From Clostridia bacterium (GTDB taxonomy: Bacteria; Bacillota; Clostridia; Christensenellales; UBA1242): 64,000 nt of DNA. The notes beneath the pieces are model-generated. The model saw nothing but the letters and a program-made list of their open reading frames with translations. It ran no database searches and was not told the origin of the DNA. The stretch's first letter is position 1. Each line of letters begins with the position of its first letter. The translations under genes were made by a program, and so were the position numbers. This document shows, in pieces, positions 37,619 through 47,725 of the stretch. The stretch is taken from NCBI GenBank assembly GCA_017531805.1, contig JAFXKG010000010.1:14227-78226 (forward strand), in the 5' to 3' direction.

Positions 37619-38311
37619 TTATCGATTTAAAATATCATTTATAACTTTGGCGCACATTACACTTGCCATATTTATAGGATAGTATACCACACTTCCTATA
37701 GTTTTGCAATCAAATTTTAGTGCATTTTGCTTAGTATAACAAACTTGAAGATGATTTATACCTTGCTCTGCACAAAATTTTCTTATAATTTTTGCGATAG
37801 GGTCATACGAAGTTTTTTTGATATCTGTGATTTCAAAATGTGGTATTTCTTGATACCTATTACCTGCACCCATGGCACAAATAATTGGTATTTTTAATTG
37901 ATTTGCTTGTTGTATAAGCAATTTTTTTGCATTTAAGTCGTCTATGCAATCAACTATATAGTCATAATCCCAGTCTATATCAGAAACTGTATCAACTGAA
38001 AATCTGATTGGATATTTTTTAACATTAATTTGTGGATTTATTTGTTTAAGTTGCATGGCAAGCTCGTCAACTTTAAGTTTGCCAACATTATTGTGATAAG
38101 CAACCATTTGACGATTAATATTGGTTGTGTCAATGCTATCAAAATCTACAATACCAATATTTTGCACGCCAGACCTTGCAAGCATATGAACAAGTGCAGA
38201 ACCTACACCGCCCACGCCAAAAACTATGATTCGAGAAGACAACAGGTTTTTTTGTTGTTCTTCATCAATCATCATAAAAAATCTATTAAGAAAATCTAAA
38301 TTATAAGACAT
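37619..38311 (-). CDS. tcdA: ThiF/MoeB-family E1-like enzyme, probably tRNA threonylcarbamoyladenosine dehydratase
   Basis: Rossmann motif IIVFGVGGVGS; about 230 aa, single domain as in TcdA/YrvM. Confidence 0.65.
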   Translation of the reverse strand: MSYNLDFLNRFFMMIDEEQQKNLLSSRIIVFGVGGVGSALVHMLARSGVQNIGIVDFDSIDTTNINRQMVAYHNNVGKLKVDELAMQLKQINPQINVKKYPIRFSVDTVSDIDWDYDYIVDCIDDLNAKKLLIQQANQLKIPIICAMGAGNRYQEIPHFEITDIKKTSYDPIAKIIRKFCAEQGINHLQVCYTKQNALKFDCKTIGSVVYYPINMASVMCAKVINDILNR

Positions 38312-39608
38312 ATTTTTTAAAATCGTGTGAGTGTATTAATTTGCCCATTGTATTTTCTACAAAAGGACGGTCGATTACGACTTCTATCATAGGATTTTCG
38401 TCACTGGCATTAAATGATATATCTTCCAACAATAATTCCATAATAGTTTGCAAACGCCTTGCACCAATATTTTCTTTTGTATCATTTTCATCAGCAGTAA
38501 GTTTTGCAATAGAGTCAATAGCGTCATCGGTAAATTTTAAGTCGATATTGTCAACCTTCAATAGCTGTTGATATTGTGTTGTGATTGCATTTTGAGGTAT
38601 AGTTAATATCTTTTTAAAATCTTCTACGCCAAGGTTATCTAATTCCACTTGAATTGGAAAACGACCTTGTAACTCTGGTATCAAATCACTTACACTTGAA
38701 ATATGGAATGCACCAGCAGCAATAAACAGTATATAATCTGTATGAATTACACCATATTTAGTATTAACCACTGAACCTTCTACAATCGGTAAAATATCGC
38801 GTTGAACACCTTCGCGTGAAACATCTTGTCCGTTGTTTTTCTTTGCTGCGATTTTGTCTATTTCGTCGATAAATATAATACCTTCTTGTTCTGCCCTAAA
38901 AATGGCTTCTTTGTTAAGATTGTCTGGATCAATCAACTTGTCGCACTCTTCTTCTAACATCAATTCCTTAGCGCGTTCCACAGTCATCTTTTTCATCTTT
39001 TTAGGGGTTTTGATTATTCCGCCCATAATTTGACCAATATTAATTTCAGCACCAATGCCATCCATTAAATTGATTTGTTTTGCTTGTTCTTTTACTTCTA
39101 CATCAATAGGATCTTGGTCAAATTTACCATTGTAATAGTCTTCGTAGAATTGTTGACGGAAAGTTTCTGTATCTTGATCCTCTGGCTTATTGGCTTTTTT
39201 TATTGGATACAAAATATCTGTCAATTTTTTATCAACCACTGCTTTTGCTTTATCTTTGTTGCGTGCTTGATGCTCTGAACGAACGATACGCACAGAAGCT
39301 TCCACCAAGTCTCTGACCATACTTTCTACATCGCGACCAACATAACCAACTTCAGTGTACTTTGTTGCTTCAACCTTAACAAAAGGAGCATTAACCAACT
39401 TTGCAAGGCGTCTTGCAATTTCTGTCTTACCTACACCTGTTGGACCTTTTAAGATGATGTTTTTTGGTGTAATTTCGTCCTTCATGTCCTTTGGCAAAAG
39501 ACTTCTTCTATACCTGTTTCTTAAAGCAATTGCAACAGCTCTTTTTGCCTTGTCTTGCCCTATAATATAGTTGTCTAGTGATTTAACAATTTCTTTACAA
39601 GTCATCAT
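38301..39608 (-). CDS. hslU: ATP-dependent protease ATPase subunit HslU
   Basis: TCKEIVKSLDNYIIGQDKAKRAVAIALRNRYRR; Walker A GPTGVGKTEIARRLA; IFIDEIDKI. Start ATG 39608, just after the hslV stop. Confidence 0.9.
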   Translation of the reverse strand: MMTCKEIVKSLDNYIIGQDKAKRAVAIALRNRYRRSLLPKDMKDEITPKNIILKGPTGVGKTEIARRLAKLVNAPFVKVEATKYTEVGYVGRDVESMVRDLVEASVRIVRSEHQARNKDKAKAVVDKKLTDILYPIKKANKPEDQDTETFRQQFYEDYYNGKFDQDPIDVEVKEQAKQINLMDGIGAEINIGQIMGGIIKTPKKMKKMTVERAKELMLEEECDKLIDPDNLNKEAIFRAEQEGIIFIDEIDKIAAKKNNGQDVSREGVQRDILPIVEGSVVNTKYGVIHTDYILFIAAGAFHISSVSDLIPELQGRFPIQVELDNLGVEDFKKILTIPQNAITTQYQQLLKVDNIDLKFTDDAIDSIAKLTADENDTKENIGARRLQTIMELLLEDISFNASDENPMIEVVIDRPFVENTMGKLIHSHDFKKYVL

Positions 39609-39609
39609 A

Positions 39610-40140
39610 TTACACTTCCTCCACAACAAAATTGCTGTTTGTGAAAATACAAATATCTGATGCTATCTCCATTGATTTAATTGCAATTTCTTTTGCATCA
39701 AGATCAGTATTCCTTAACAATGCCTTAGCAGCAGACAAAGCATAGTTGCCACCACTGCCGATTGCACAAATGCCGTCATCGGGTTCGATAACATCACCAA
39801 GACCTGTCAAAATCAACAAAGTGTTTTTGTCTGCAACTATCATAAGTGCTTCTGTATTTTTGCCAGAACCACGAGAGTTCCTTGCAAATTCAACAGCACT
39901 ACGCATTAAACTTCCACTGTATTTATTTAACATTTTTTCAAATTCTTCACATATAGCAAAAGCGTCTGCAGTGCCACCAGCAAAGCCAACAACAACTTTA
40001 CCTTCAAAAAGTCTACGCACTTTATGAGCAGTACCTTTTAAAACTACTTGTTGTCCCATAGTCACTTGTCCGTCACCCGCAATTACTGTTTTGCCATTAC
40101 GCTTTACAGCGACGATTGTTGTACCTCTAAATTGTTCCAT
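39610..40140 (-). CDS. hslV: ATP-dependent protease subunit HslV
   Basis: [22 protein letters not shown] (N-terminal Thr nucleophile)...[14 protein letters not shown]. Confidence 0.9.
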   Translation of the reverse strand: MEQFRGTTIVAVKRNGKTVIAGDGQVTMGQQVVLKGTAHKVRRLFEGKVVVGFAGGTADAFAICEEFEKMLNKYSGSLMRSAVEFARNSRGSGKNTEALMIVADKNTLLILTGLGDVIEPDDGICAIGSGGNYALSAAKALLRNTDLDAKEIAIKSMEIASDICIFTNSNFVVEEV

Positions 40141-41434
40141 ATTTCTCCTTAAATTCTTGCATCTCTTTTAATGCTCTTATGCGATATTTTTCGTATCTTT
40201 TTTGTTTGTCTCGTTCTTGTATTGGATTTAGTATACCAAAATTTGCATTGATTGGTTGAAAACTATTTGTATCCGCATTGGTTAGATAGTTATACAAACC
40301 ACCTATGATTGTATCTGCCGAAAATGACACAAGTGGTTTGTTTTGTATAATTCTTGCCACATTTATAGCACAATATAACCCACTAGCAATGCTTTCTACA
40401 TAGCCCTCAACACCACTTAGTTGTCCTGCTATAAAAATGTTTGAATCCGCTTTTAATCTAGAATATTTATCCAAACATTTTGGAAAGTTTACAAAATGAT
40501 TAGTATGCATGACGCCATATCGTAAAAACTCTGCATTTTCCAGACCTGGTATCATGCGGAAAACCCTTTTTTGTTCTGGAAAAGTTAAATTGGTTTGAAA
40601 TCCAACCATATTAAACATTGTAGCAGAATTGTTTTCTTTACGCAACTGAACAACCGCGTAAGGTTTTTCTTCTTTGTGCGGATTTTTAAGTCCTACAGGT
40701 TTAAGTGGACCAAATCTAATTGAGTCTACACCGCGTTTTGCCATAATTTCAATAGGCATACAACTTTCAAATATGTTATTTTTTTCAAACTCATGTAGTT
40801 GCACTGTTTCCGCATTTATTAACGCGTTATAAAATGTAGAATATTCATTTTTATCCATTGCACAATTAAGATAGTCAGCATCCCCTTTATCATAACGAGA
40901 AGCAAAGAATGCTTTTTTCATATCAATTGTTTCTGCATCAATAATAGGCGCTGCTGCATCATAAAAATAAAAGAAGTCTTCACCTATTTTTGATTTGATA
41001 GCATTGCATATATTCTCTGTTGAAAGTGGCCCAGTTGCTAACACCGTAATTGCATCGTCTTCAAAGTCTGAAACATCTTCACAATGCAAGGTTATGTTTT
41101 TGTGATTTTTTAATATTTTTGTGATATGTTCAGAAAATTGATCTCTATCAATAGCAAGAGCTTGTCCTGCTGGCACCCTAAACTGATATGCAGTTTTAAT
41201 TAATTCACTGCCTAATAGTAGCAATTCCCTTTTAAGTACACCAGATGCTGTGTTTTCGTCATCGCTTTTAAAAGAGTTGCTACATACAATTTCTGCAAAG
41301 TTTGTAGAGTGATGTGCTGGTGTCATTGATTTGTTTTTGATATCAAAAAGATGAACCTTGTAACCAAGGTTCGCAAGATACAACGCACATTCACTGCCGG
41401 CAAGACCAGCACCGATTATATTAATCTTTAACAT
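40127..41434 (-). CDS. trmFO: Methylenetetrahydrofolate--tRNA-(uracil54-C5)-methyltransferase TrmFO
   Basis: [17 protein letters not shown] motif; topA-trmFO-hslVU synteny. Start ATG 41434 overlaps the topA end by 14 nt; the track start 41524 is inside topA. Confidence 0.9.
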   Translation of the reverse strand: MLKINIIGAGLAGSECALYLANLGYKVHLFDIKNKSMTPAHHSTNFAEIVCSNSFKSDDENTASGVLKRELLLLGSELIKTAYQFRVPAGQALAIDRDQFSEHITKILKNHKNITLHCEDVSDFEDDAITVLATGPLSTENICNAIKSKIGEDFFYFYDAAAPIIDAETIDMKKAFFASRYDKGDADYLNCAMDKNEYSTFYNALINAETVQLHEFEKNNIFESCMPIEIMAKRGVDSIRFGPLKPVGLKNPHKEEKPYAVVQLRKENNSATMFNMVGFQTNLTFPEQKRVFRMIPGLENAEFLRYGVMHTNHFVNFPKCLDKYSRLKADSNIFIAGQLSGVEGYVESIASGLYCAINVARIIQNKPLVSFSADTIIGGLYNYLTNADTNSFQPINANFGILNPIQERDKQKRYEKYRIRALKEMQEFKEKYGTI

Positions 41435-43499
41435 AAGTACAGCCCTTGTTGTTACAAACGATTGTTTCTTTACCTCTTGAATATTTTTTAAACAAACCAG
41501 AATTACATTTTGGACATTTTTCACTTAAAGGCAAATCCCAAGAAATATAATCACATTTTGGAAATTTGTCGCATCCAAAGAACAATTTACCACGCTTGCT
41601 ATATTTTGCACTTACTACGCCATTGCATTTTGGACAAATGCCAGTTTCAGTAATTTTGTTTTCTGGTTCATTTATATTTTTTGTATTTTTACATTGCGGA
41701 AAGTTAGAACAAGCAAGGAATTTGCCAAACTTACCTTCTCTGTATACCATCATAGATCCGCACTTTTCGCACTTGATATCGCTTGGCTCTGGTTGAGCTT
41801 TTGGCATACTAACGCCCATTTGTTGACTTGCATATTCCATTTGTTGATTAAAGTCTTTATAAAACACATCAACAATATCTTGCCATTTTGTTTTGCCGCG
41901 TTCTACATCGTCAAGTTGATTTTCCATTTCTGCAGTAAATTTGATGTTCATTATATTTTTAAAGTAATCTTCCAAATACTCTGTTACATGGACACCTAAA
42001 TCTGTTGGCACAAGTGATTTCTTTTCAGTTACAATATACTCTCTGTTAAACAAAGTCATAACTGTTGCGGCATATGTTGCCGGACGACCGATACCTTGTA
42101 CTTCCATTTCTTTGATAAGGCTGGCTTCAGTAAACCTAACTGGTGGTTTTGTAAATTTTTGCTCTGTTTTGATTTTATCTTTTACAACAATTTCGTTTTC
42201 TACAAGATCAGGGATATTGATGCCCTTTTTATCATCATCTTCAGGCTTGTATACTTTTGTATATCCATCAAAAATCAAAGCTTTGCCACTTGATCTAAAT
42301 TTATAATCATTTGCAACAACATCAACAGTCAAACTATCATATTGAGCATAGCTCATTTGACTGGCAATAAAGCGTTTGTAAATGAGTGTATATAGTTTTA
42401 AGTATTGTTCATCTATTTTATCCTTAAGATAGTTAGGTGTATACTTTAAATTGATTGGTCTGATTGCTTCGTGCGCATCTTGAGCACTATCCTTTGATGC
42501 AAACTCATTAAATTTGCCTGGATGATATTCTTTACCGTAATGCTCTAAGATAAATTCTTTTGCCATAAATTGTGCGTCTAGGCTAACACGAGTAGAGTCT
42601 GTACGGATATATGTTACAAGTGCTGTTTTGCCTTCACCTTGAATATTGACACCTTCGTACAAAGATTGAGCACATTTTGTATAAGAATTAAGTGTCATTT
42701 TAAGTTTGCTGATTGCGTCTTGTTGCAAACTGCTTGTGATGTATGGTGCTGGTGGTTTTGAATAAGTGACAGCACGTTTGACAGTTTGCACTTTATATTC
42801 TGCATTTTCTACTGAAGAAAGGATTTTGTCAACTTCTTCTTTGCTTGTTGGCTCTATCTTTTTCTCTTGATATTGGATTAAATCTGCTTTAAACTTTTCG
42901 TCGCCTTTTTTAAGTTCCGCAGTTATATTCCAATATTCTTCAGGTACAAAGTTTTTTATTGCTTTTTCTCTATCTACAATCAATTTGAGTGTAACAGATT
43001 GAACACGGCCTGCGCTTAACTTGCCACGTATTTTTTTTGACAATAAAGGACTGAGTTGATAACCAACAATTCTATCCAAAACACGCCTGCCTTGTTGTGC
43101 ATTGATTAAATCGTAGTTAAGCGGTTTTGGGTTTGCAATACTTTCGTGTATGGCTTTTTTACTGATTTCATTAAAAGCGGTACGAACCATTGCATTTTTG
43201 TCTAATTCCAAAATAGTTGCCAAGTGCCATGCAATTGCTTCTCCTTCTCTATCCGGGTCGGTTGCAAGGTAGATAGCTTCTGCATTTTGTGCTTTTCTTT
43301 TCATATCGGCAACAAGATTTTTCTTTTCAGGGATAATTTCATAGGTTGGTTCGTAATTGTTATTGAAGTCAATGGCAAAACTTTTTGCAGGAAGATCACG
43401 CACATGTCCTTTTGTAGGGAAAACAACATAATCGCTACCCAAATATTTAGATATTGTATCTCGCTTACCGGGACCTTCTATAAAAACTAATTTCATCAT
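41421..43499 (-). CDS. topA: DNA topoisomerase I
   Basis: TOPRIM LVFIEGPGKRDTISKYLG...ATDPDREGEAIAWH; active-site region TYIRTDS; three C-terminal CxxC...CxxC zinc ribbons. Confidence 0.95.
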   Translation of the reverse strand: MMKLVFIEGPGKRDTISKYLGSDYVVFPTKGHVRDLPAKSFAIDFNNNYEPTYEIIPEKKNLVADMKRKAQNAEAIYLATDPDREGEAIAWHLATILELDKNAMVRTAFNEISKKAIHESIANPKPLNYDLINAQQGRRVLDRIVGYQLSPLLSKKIRGKLSAGRVQSVTLKLIVDREKAIKNFVPEEYWNITAELKKGDEKFKADLIQYQEKKIEPTSKEEVDKILSSVENAEYKVQTVKRAVTYSKPPAPYITSSLQQDAISKLKMTLNSYTKCAQSLYEGVNIQGEGKTALVTYIRTDSTRVSLDAQFMAKEFILEHYGKEYHPGKFNEFASKDSAQDAHEAIRPINLKYTPNYLKDKIDEQYLKLYTLIYKRFIASQMSYAQYDSLTVDVVANDYKFRSSGKALIFDGYTKVYKPEDDDKKGINIPDLVENEIVVKDKIKTEQKFTKPPVRFTEASLIKEMEVQGIGRPATYAATVMTLFNREYIVTEKKSLVPTDLGVHVTEYLEDYFKNIMNIKFTAEMENQLDDVERGKTKWQDIVDVFYKDFNQQMEYASQQMGVSMPKAQPEPSDIKCEKCGSMMVYREGKFGKFLACSNFPQCKNTKNINEPENKITETGICPKCNGVVSAKYSKRGKLFFGCDKFPKCDYISWDLPLSEKCPKCNSGLFKKYSRGKETIVCNNKGCTYVKD

Positions 43500-43548
43500 T
43501 GCTCCTTAATCTAATTCTTACTTATTTACAATCTTTCGTTTGTGGAAC

Positions 43549-44631
43549 TTATGTTTTAATGTAACTGTTATTTGCCAATTTTGTCACAATACCAGACATT
43601 TCAAGTTCCATTAAAATTGTATTCAAATCTTTGGCTGAAAACTTGGTTAAATCAGCCAATTCTTGAAACGATTTTTTTTCAGTCTGGATATAATTTAATA
43701 CAATTTGTGCATCCATGTCAAGTTGAACACTAAAGTTTTTTTGATTTTTATCAATGTTTAATCCATAATTTTCCAAAATGTCTTCTGGACAAAGCGTAAT
43801 TGAACCTTGTAGAGATTTAATAATTTGATTTGTACCTTTTGACATAGGAGAGTTAATTTTGCCTGGTGCAACAAAAATATCTCGGTTAAATTCTATTGCA
43901 TAGTCTATTGTTTTCATAGATCCGCTTTTTTCTCCTGCTTCTGGCACAAAAATGCCTTTGGATAATCCTGCAATAATCCTGTTTCTGATTGGGAAAAGAT
44001 ATGCAAGCGACGGCACATTTGGATTGTTTTCTGTAATCAACAAGTTGCTTTCCATAATCTTTTTTGAAAGTGCATTGTTGATTGCCGGATAAATGTGATT
44101 AAACCCACCTGCAAGTACTGCGATTGTGTTGCCACCTTCTTCTAATGTTGTTTTGTGCGCAACTGTATCAACACCAACTGCCATGCCTGACACTATTGTT
44201 ATATCATGCTTTACAAGTTCTTTTACAAATTGTTTTGTGATTGCTATGCCATAGTCTGTAGGTTTGCGTGTGCCTACAACACCTATGCAAAATGTATTTA
44301 AAAGTTGGATGTTGCCTTTGCAATATAAACATAATGGCGGAGTTGAAATTTGCTTTAAAGCATATGGATATTTATCATCATAAAAAGTAATAAGCTGTAT
44401 GCCTGATTTTTTATAATTTTCTAGTTGTTTTTCTAAAAAAGAGTCTTGTAAACATACTGCCATTTTATTGATTTCTGACTTTGACAATACCTCATTTATT
44501 TTAGGGTTTGACAAAAATTTAAGGCGAATATCTTCGCCTTTATTAAAACAATCTAATATCTTGATTTTTTTGTGATAAGTTAAAAACTCAAACAAATCTA
44601 ACCATATAATATTTTTTTCGTCTATCGTCAT
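43549..44631 (-). CDS. dprA: DNA processing protein DprA (Smf)
   Basis: VVGTRKPTDYG...IVSGMAVGVDTVAHK; C-terminal winged-helix-like tail. Confidence 0.85.
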   Translation of the reverse strand: MTIDEKNIIWLDLFEFLTYHKKIKILDCFNKGEDIRLKFLSNPKINEVLSKSEINKMAVCLQDSFLEKQLENYKKSGIQLITFYDDKYPYALKQISTPPLCLYCKGNIQLLNTFCIGVVGTRKPTDYGIAITKQFVKELVKHDITIVSGMAVGVDTVAHKTTLEEGGNTIAVLAGGFNHIYPAINNALSKKIMESNLLITENNPNVPSLAYLFPIRNRIIAGLSKGIFVPEAGEKSGSMKTIDYAIEFNRDIFVAPGKINSPMSKGTNQIIKSLQGSITLCPEDILENYGLNIDKNQKNFSVQLDMDAQIVLNYIQTEKKSFQELADLTKFSAKDLNTILMELEMSGIVTKLANNSYIKT

Positions 44632-44633
44632 AA

Positions 44634-46166
44634 TTACACCGTATATTTTTGATCTAACGACCTGTATTGTATTGCTTCAAGCAAGTGTTGTTTTTCAATT
44701 TTTTCACTATTATCTAAATCTGCAATTGTTCTTGCAACTTTAAGTATCCTGTTATATGCACGAGCGGATAAATTAAGTCTTTTAAAAGCCAGTTCAAGCA
44801 AATCTGTACATTCCTTGTCTAATGAGCAATATTGTTTAAATTCCTTTTCGCCCATTTTTGCGTTGGAATATATTTTGCTGTTTTTAAATCTTGCAAGTTG
44901 TTTGTCTCTTGCTTTGTCAACGCGCTTTTTGATTTCCTTGCTTGGTTCTTCTAAATCGTATTGAGTTAACTCTTCATATTTGATGCTATCTACTTCTATA
45001 TGCAAGTCTATTCTATCCATCAAAGGTCCACTAATTTTTGATAAATATTTATGTATCGCGGCAGGGCTACATTTACAAGCATTTGTACTGCTACCATAGT
45101 AGCCACAAGGACAAGGATTCATACTTGCAACCATAATAAAGTTAGCAGGATATTGCACTGTCAAAGCATTGCGTGCAACTGTGATATAGCCGTCTTCCAT
45201 AGGTTGTCGTAAAGTTTCTATAGTGTTGCGTGCATATTCTGGCATTTCGTCTAAAAATAATACGCCATTATGTGCAAGACTAATTTCACCTGGTTTGGCT
45301 TTTGCTCCGCCACCTGTCAAAGAAATTAAAGTTGCAGTATGGTGCGGACTCCTAAAAGGTCTCTCTACAACAATACCAGTACGCGCATCAAGTACACCTG
45401 CTACGCTGTGAATTTTTGTCACTTCCAAACTTTCTTCAAAAGTAAGGTCTGGCAATATAGAAGAAAAACATTTTGCAAGCATTGTTTTACCTGCACCTGG
45501 CGGACCAATAAGCAAAATATTGTGCCCACCTGCAGCAGCAATTTCCATAGCACGCTTTGCGCTGGCTTGACCTTTTACATAAGCAAAATCATGAGCAATT
45601 TCTCGCTCTTTTAGTGCACTTTCAAATGTTTTGCTGTTGTTTTTTTCAAGTTTATTTTCACCACGCAAAAAATCTACCACTTGACGCAATGTCTCAACCG
45701 GATAAACTTCCACCTGATCAATAAACGATGCTTCCATAGCGTTTTCTTTAGGGATAATAAATTTATTGTACCCCATTTGTTTTGCACTGATAAGCATTGG
45801 CATAATGCCGTTTAGTTTGCGTATTTCTCCATTTAAACTTAACTCACCCAAAACAACAAAACCATCAAGCGATTTGTTTTCTATAACCTTTTCGCATACC
45901 AAGATGCCAAGAGCTATAGGCAAATCATACATACTACCTTCTTTTTTTGTGTCTGCTGGTGCAAGGTTTATGATAACCTTGTGTATAGGATAGTTATAAG
46001 CACTGTTTTTTATTGCAGCTTTTACTCTCGATTTGCTTTCTTTTATAGCGGTGTCAGCCAAACCAACAACATCGTACCCTGGCAAACCTGTATTAATATC
46101 AATTTCTATTTCTACTGGATATCCAGTTATCCCATTTAACCCAAAAGATAATATTTTAGATAACAT
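44634..46166 (-). CDS. comM: YifB/ComM family Mg-chelatase-like ATPase
   Basis: Lon-like N-terminal domain; Walker A LIGPPGAGKTMLA; GVLFLDEMPE; C-terminal LSARAYNRILKVARTIADL. Confidence 0.9.
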   Translation of the reverse strand: MLSKILSFGLNGITGYPVEIEIDINTGLPGYDVVGLADTAIKESKSRVKAAIKNSAYNYPIHKVIINLAPADTKKEGSMYDLPIALGILVCEKVIENKSLDGFVVLGELSLNGEIRKLNGIMPMLISAKQMGYNKFIIPKENAMEASFIDQVEVYPVETLRQVVDFLRGENKLEKNNSKTFESALKEREIAHDFAYVKGQASAKRAMEIAAAGGHNILLIGPPGAGKTMLAKCFSSILPDLTFEESLEVTKIHSVAGVLDARTGIVVERPFRSPHHTATLISLTGGGAKAKPGEISLAHNGVLFLDEMPEYARNTIETLRQPMEDGYITVARNALTVQYPANFIMVASMNPCPCGYYGSSTNACKCSPAAIHKYLSKISGPLMDRIDLHIEVDSIKYEELTQYDLEEPSKEIKKRVDKARDKQLARFKNSKIYSNAKMGEKEFKQYCSLDKECTDLLELAFKRLNLSARAYNRILKVARTIADLDNSEKIEKQHLLEAIQYRSLDQKYTV

Positions 46167-46187
46167 CTTTCACCTCTAATTGTTGTT

Positions 46188-46216
46188 ATGTTAGCACAAT
46201 TACCAAAATCTGTCAA
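46188..46216 (-). promoter_or_regulatory. Sigma-A type promoter of comM-dprA-topA
   Basis: TTGACA (46211-46216), 17 nt, TGcTAACAT (-10 at 46188-46193); GAGGTG RBS before ATG 46166. Confidence 0.55.
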
Positions 46217-46252
46217 TTAATTTATCAAACATTTGTTCGACGATGTTAAAAT

Positions 46253-46280
46253 TAAAAAAGAGATAGTCTTTACTATCTCT
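46253..46280 (-). terminator. Intrinsic terminator after rplS
   Basis: Minus strand: AGAGATAGT-aaag-ACTATCTCT followed by T6. Confidence 0.75.
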
Positions 46281-46310
46281 TTAACCTTATCGTTTTTAAG
46301 TACGGCTTGA

Positions 46311-46655
46311 TTATGCTCTGTCTTCTTTAACTTTAGCAGCCTTACCTGAAAGATTACGAATGTAATAGATTTTAGCTCTTCTTACTTTACCCTTTCTTGT
46401 CACAACCACTTTTTCAATTCTTGGGCTGTGCATAGGGAAAGTTCTTTCAACGCCGATACCAAATGATACACGACGAACTGTGAAAGTTTCACGAATGCCT
46501 GAACCTTTTTTTGCAATTACAACGCCTTCGTATGCTTGGATACGTTCTTTGTCACCTTCCTTGACTTTAACTGATACTTTTACAGTGTCTCCAATATTGA
46601 AAGGGGTGATATCGTTTCTTAATTGCTCTTTCTCGATTTGGTCGATAATATTCAT
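46311..46655 (-). CDS. rplS: 50S ribosomal protein L19
   Basis: [25 protein letters not shown]...[26 protein letters not shown]. Confidence 0.95.
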   Translation of the reverse strand: MNIIDQIEKEQLRNDITPFNIGDTVKVSVKVKEGDKERIQAYEGVVIAKKGSGIRETFTVRRVSFGIGVERTFPMHSPRIEKVVVTRKGKVRRAKIYYIRNLSGKAAKVKEDRA

Positions 46656-46710
46656 ATATACCTCCTAAATTTGACGTTCTTGCGTTGGACCGCAGTGGAC
46701 CGCCAACAAC
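46656..46710 (-). promoter_or_regulatory. G+C-rich rplS 5' leader (candidate L19 leader-type autoregulatory RNA)
   Basis: Minus strand: GTTGG-C-GGTCCACTGCGGT-CCAAC, containing the tandem direct repeat GCGGTCCA-ct-GCGGTCCA, then the AGGAGG RBS. Stands out in an AT-rich spacer. Confidence 0.4.
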
Positions 46711-46716
46711 AAATAA

Positions 46717-46745
46717 ATTATAGCACAATAAAAATATATTTGCAA
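46717..46745 (-). promoter_or_regulatory. Sigma-A type promoter of rplS
   Basis: TTGCAA (46740-46745), 17 nt, TGcTATAAT (-10 at 46717-46722). Confidence 0.65.
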
Positions 46746-46761
46746 GGGTTTTTTAATAATT

Positions 46762-47109
46762 TTAAAAAGAATTTTTTATGTGTAATATTTCAGGATTTTC
46801 AAGCCCTAAAATTGAAATTGCGTCAAATCGGCAAGGTGCATCAAACAAGTGTTTTGACATAAGGAATAATTCAGCCACTCGTCTAATTTTAAGTTGTTTT
46901 TCAGCATTAATTGCCTCTAGCGGATGACCAAAAGCTTGAGACAAACGCGCCTTTACTTCCACAAAAACTATTGTATCTTTGTCCTTTGCAATTACATCAA
47001 TTTCTCCAATTTTATTTTTATAGTTTGTAGCAATAATTTTATAACCCTTTTCTTTTAAGTAATTTGAGGCTATTATTTCGCTTCGCGTTCCATACTCTTT
47101 TGTTTGCAT
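46762..47109 (-). CDS. yraN: YraN family (UPF0102) endonuclease-like protein
   Basis: GEIDVIAKDKDTIVFVEVKAR...RFDAISI. Confidence 0.8.
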   Translation of the reverse strand: MQTKEYGTRSEIIASNYLKEKGYKIIATNYKNKIGEIDVIAKDKDTIVFVEVKARLSQAFGHPLEAINAEKQLKIRRVAELFLMSKHLFDAPCRFDAISILGLENPEILHIKNSF

Positions 47110-47723
47110 ACTTCTTCTCCTATAATTCTGGATAAAAAACTCAATCTATGTATTGGTGTAATTCCACTTTGTTTAATGCCTTCTATGTGTTTTTTTGTAC
47201 CATAACCAACATTGTTTTCAAAATCATAGTTTGGATATTGTTTAGCATAGTCAACCATTATCCTATCCCTATAAGCCTTAGCAATTATCGAAGCACATGC
47301 TATTGCATAACTGGTTGCGTCACCCTTAATTATCGCTTTTTCGTTTTCAAAGATATTTAATTTTACTGCATCAATAAGCAGTAAGTCTGGCTTGATTGTT
47401 AGCTTTTCAAAACTTTCCTTCATGCACTCCTTTGTTGCATTAAGGATATTGATTTTGTCGATTGTATCTTGGTCTCGCATGGAAATTGAAACTGCAACTG
47501 CCCTATTTATAATTTCTTGATAAAGTGCTTCTCGTTTTTTTGCCGATATTTTTTTGCTATCATAAACCCCGTCAATCATATCATCGTAAGGCATAATTAC
47601 GCAAGCTGTAACTACAGGACCCGCAAGTGGACCTCGACCAACTTCATCAATGCCGGCAATTAATTTAATTTTATCATTTAACAGAGCTTTATCATGTTCA
47701 AAAATTTCTTTTGTGTTTATCAT
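47073..47723 (-). CDS. rnhB: Ribonuclease HII
   Basis: IAGIDEVGRGPLAGPVV...DSKK...; follows rbgA. Confidence 0.9.
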   Translation of the reverse strand: MINTKEIFEHDKALLNDKIKLIAGIDEVGRGPLAGPVVTACVIMPYDDMIDGVYDSKKISAKKREALYQEIINRAVAVSISMRDQDTIDKINILNATKECMKESFEKLTIKPDLLLIDAVKLNIFENEKAIIKGDATSYAIACASIIAKAYRDRIMVDYAKQYPNYDFENNVGYGTKKHIEGIKQSGITPIHRLSFLSRIIGEEVCKQKSMEREAK

Positions 47724-47725
47724 AA

